A stretch of 37,728 nt of DNA from positions 1-37,728 of the forward strand of contig CAWVXU010000017.1 in NCBI GenBank assembly GCA_963934255.1, written 5' to 3'. Under the pieces are notes generated by a model. It worked only from the letters and a program-made list of their open reading frames with translations. It searched no databases and was not told where the DNA came from. Position numbers and translations under genes: made by a program. Positions within the stretch are counted from its first letter, which is position 1. Every line of letters begins with the position of its first letter. Shown one piece after another: positions 37,100 through 37,728 of this stretch. Source of the stretch: an uncultured Fibrobacterales bacterium (GTDB lineage Bacteria; Fibrobacterota; Fibrobacteria; Fibrobacterales; CAWVXU01).

Positions 37100-37246
37100 G
37101 AAGTCTTTGTAGAGGTGGCTCACAGTGAACCTCTGTCGCTAAGGTTGATACTTGGGGGTAGATTGCTTTCATCCGAAGAACATTGTTTTGGATGGCTCTG
37201 GGGTCTTTTCCCGCGACGAACAGATGCAAAACTCGGACAAGGATAT
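37100..37246 (-). repeat. tRNA-linked (RtT-like) element, truncated copy 2
   Basis: 37100-37142 vs 10845-10887: 39/43 identical. 37202-37246 vs 10948-10992: 40/45 identical. The 59-nt core is unrelated to that of copy 1. Confidence 0.85.
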
Positions 37247-37282
37247 AAAAAAACACCATCAACGAATTGATAGTGTTTTTTT
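37247..37282 (-). terminator. Terminator after tRNA-fMet 2
   Basis: A7-cactatcaa-TTCG-ttgatggtg-T7. Confidence 0.85.
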
Positions 37283-37283
37283 A

Positions 37284-37357
<74 letters not shown>

Positions 37358-37551
37358 TCAGTGATTGCATATTTAGAATAAGTTAGAGTAAATCGGGTGC
37401 CTTTTGTCAGCGAGACAAAAAAAACTTTTGAAAATTGTATCTCCTTTCTTTTTAAGCTTAACGTTTTAAGCAATATTACCAAACCTTTATTTTCTGGCCT
37501 ATTGTGGAATTGATTTGTAAAATCTATTTTGTGACAACTCTAGGAGAAAAA

Positions 37552-37728
37552 ATGAACTCATTTAAAGCCATCATTACAATCGCAGTCTTTATGCTTAGCA
37601 CACCAAGCCATGCTTTGACTCCTGCATTTCAAGGGTTTGATCAAAGTTATGTGACCCTTGGAGCGACAGTTCAGGACAAACAAGAAATCACTGTCAAGAT
37701 TGATGATGCACCATTTCATTTTGAATTT
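37552..37728 (+). CDS. Secreted hypothetical protein, truncated by the window edge
   Basis: SD AGGAG; MNSFKAIITIAVFMLSTPSHA|LTPAFQGFDQ... open to the end of the window; not in the ORF track. Confidence 0.75.
   Translation, partial: MNSFKAIITIAVFMLSTPSHALTPAFQGFDQSYVTLGATVQDKQEITVKIDDAPFHFEF

Overview
AT-rich bacterial chromosomal window, probably from the FCB group and most likely Fibrobacterota. This is inferred from Ser-rich-linker lipoproteins, a C..YxC...W module, PorV-like and T9SS-CTD-like proteins, and tRNA genes without encoded CCA. The left ~10.8 kb looks accessory. It holds a fibre-like repeat protein running off the left edge (absent from the ORF track) with a small CTD-like partner gene, two paralogous GH19 chitinase lipoproteins sharing an unrecognised ~90-aa domain, an ABC exporter, a YkgJ-type Cys-cluster protein, a PHB-depolymerase-family esterase and several IS scars. 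The centre is housekeeping: HU/IHF-smpB-amidase-yebC-ruvCAB, a porin plus small periplasmic protein pair, mfd-PPIase-surA-methyltransferase-ftsE, and tandem tRNA-Lys genes. The right part has a PorV-like barrel, gmhB, wzz/wzy/wza-like genes, a stand-alone HsdR N-terminal domain, an aminotransferase, a PAS-GGDEF-EAL sensor and an IS3-family pseudogene. The most unusual feature follows both identical tRNA-fMet genes (26 kb apart): a non-coding element with two ~90%-conserved, partly complementary 43-45-nt arms around an unrelated 59-60-nt core. The complete copy also contains a second tRNA T-arm/3' end split in the T-loop by a 60-nt structured insert, an architecture like the RtT/tRNA-linked repeats.
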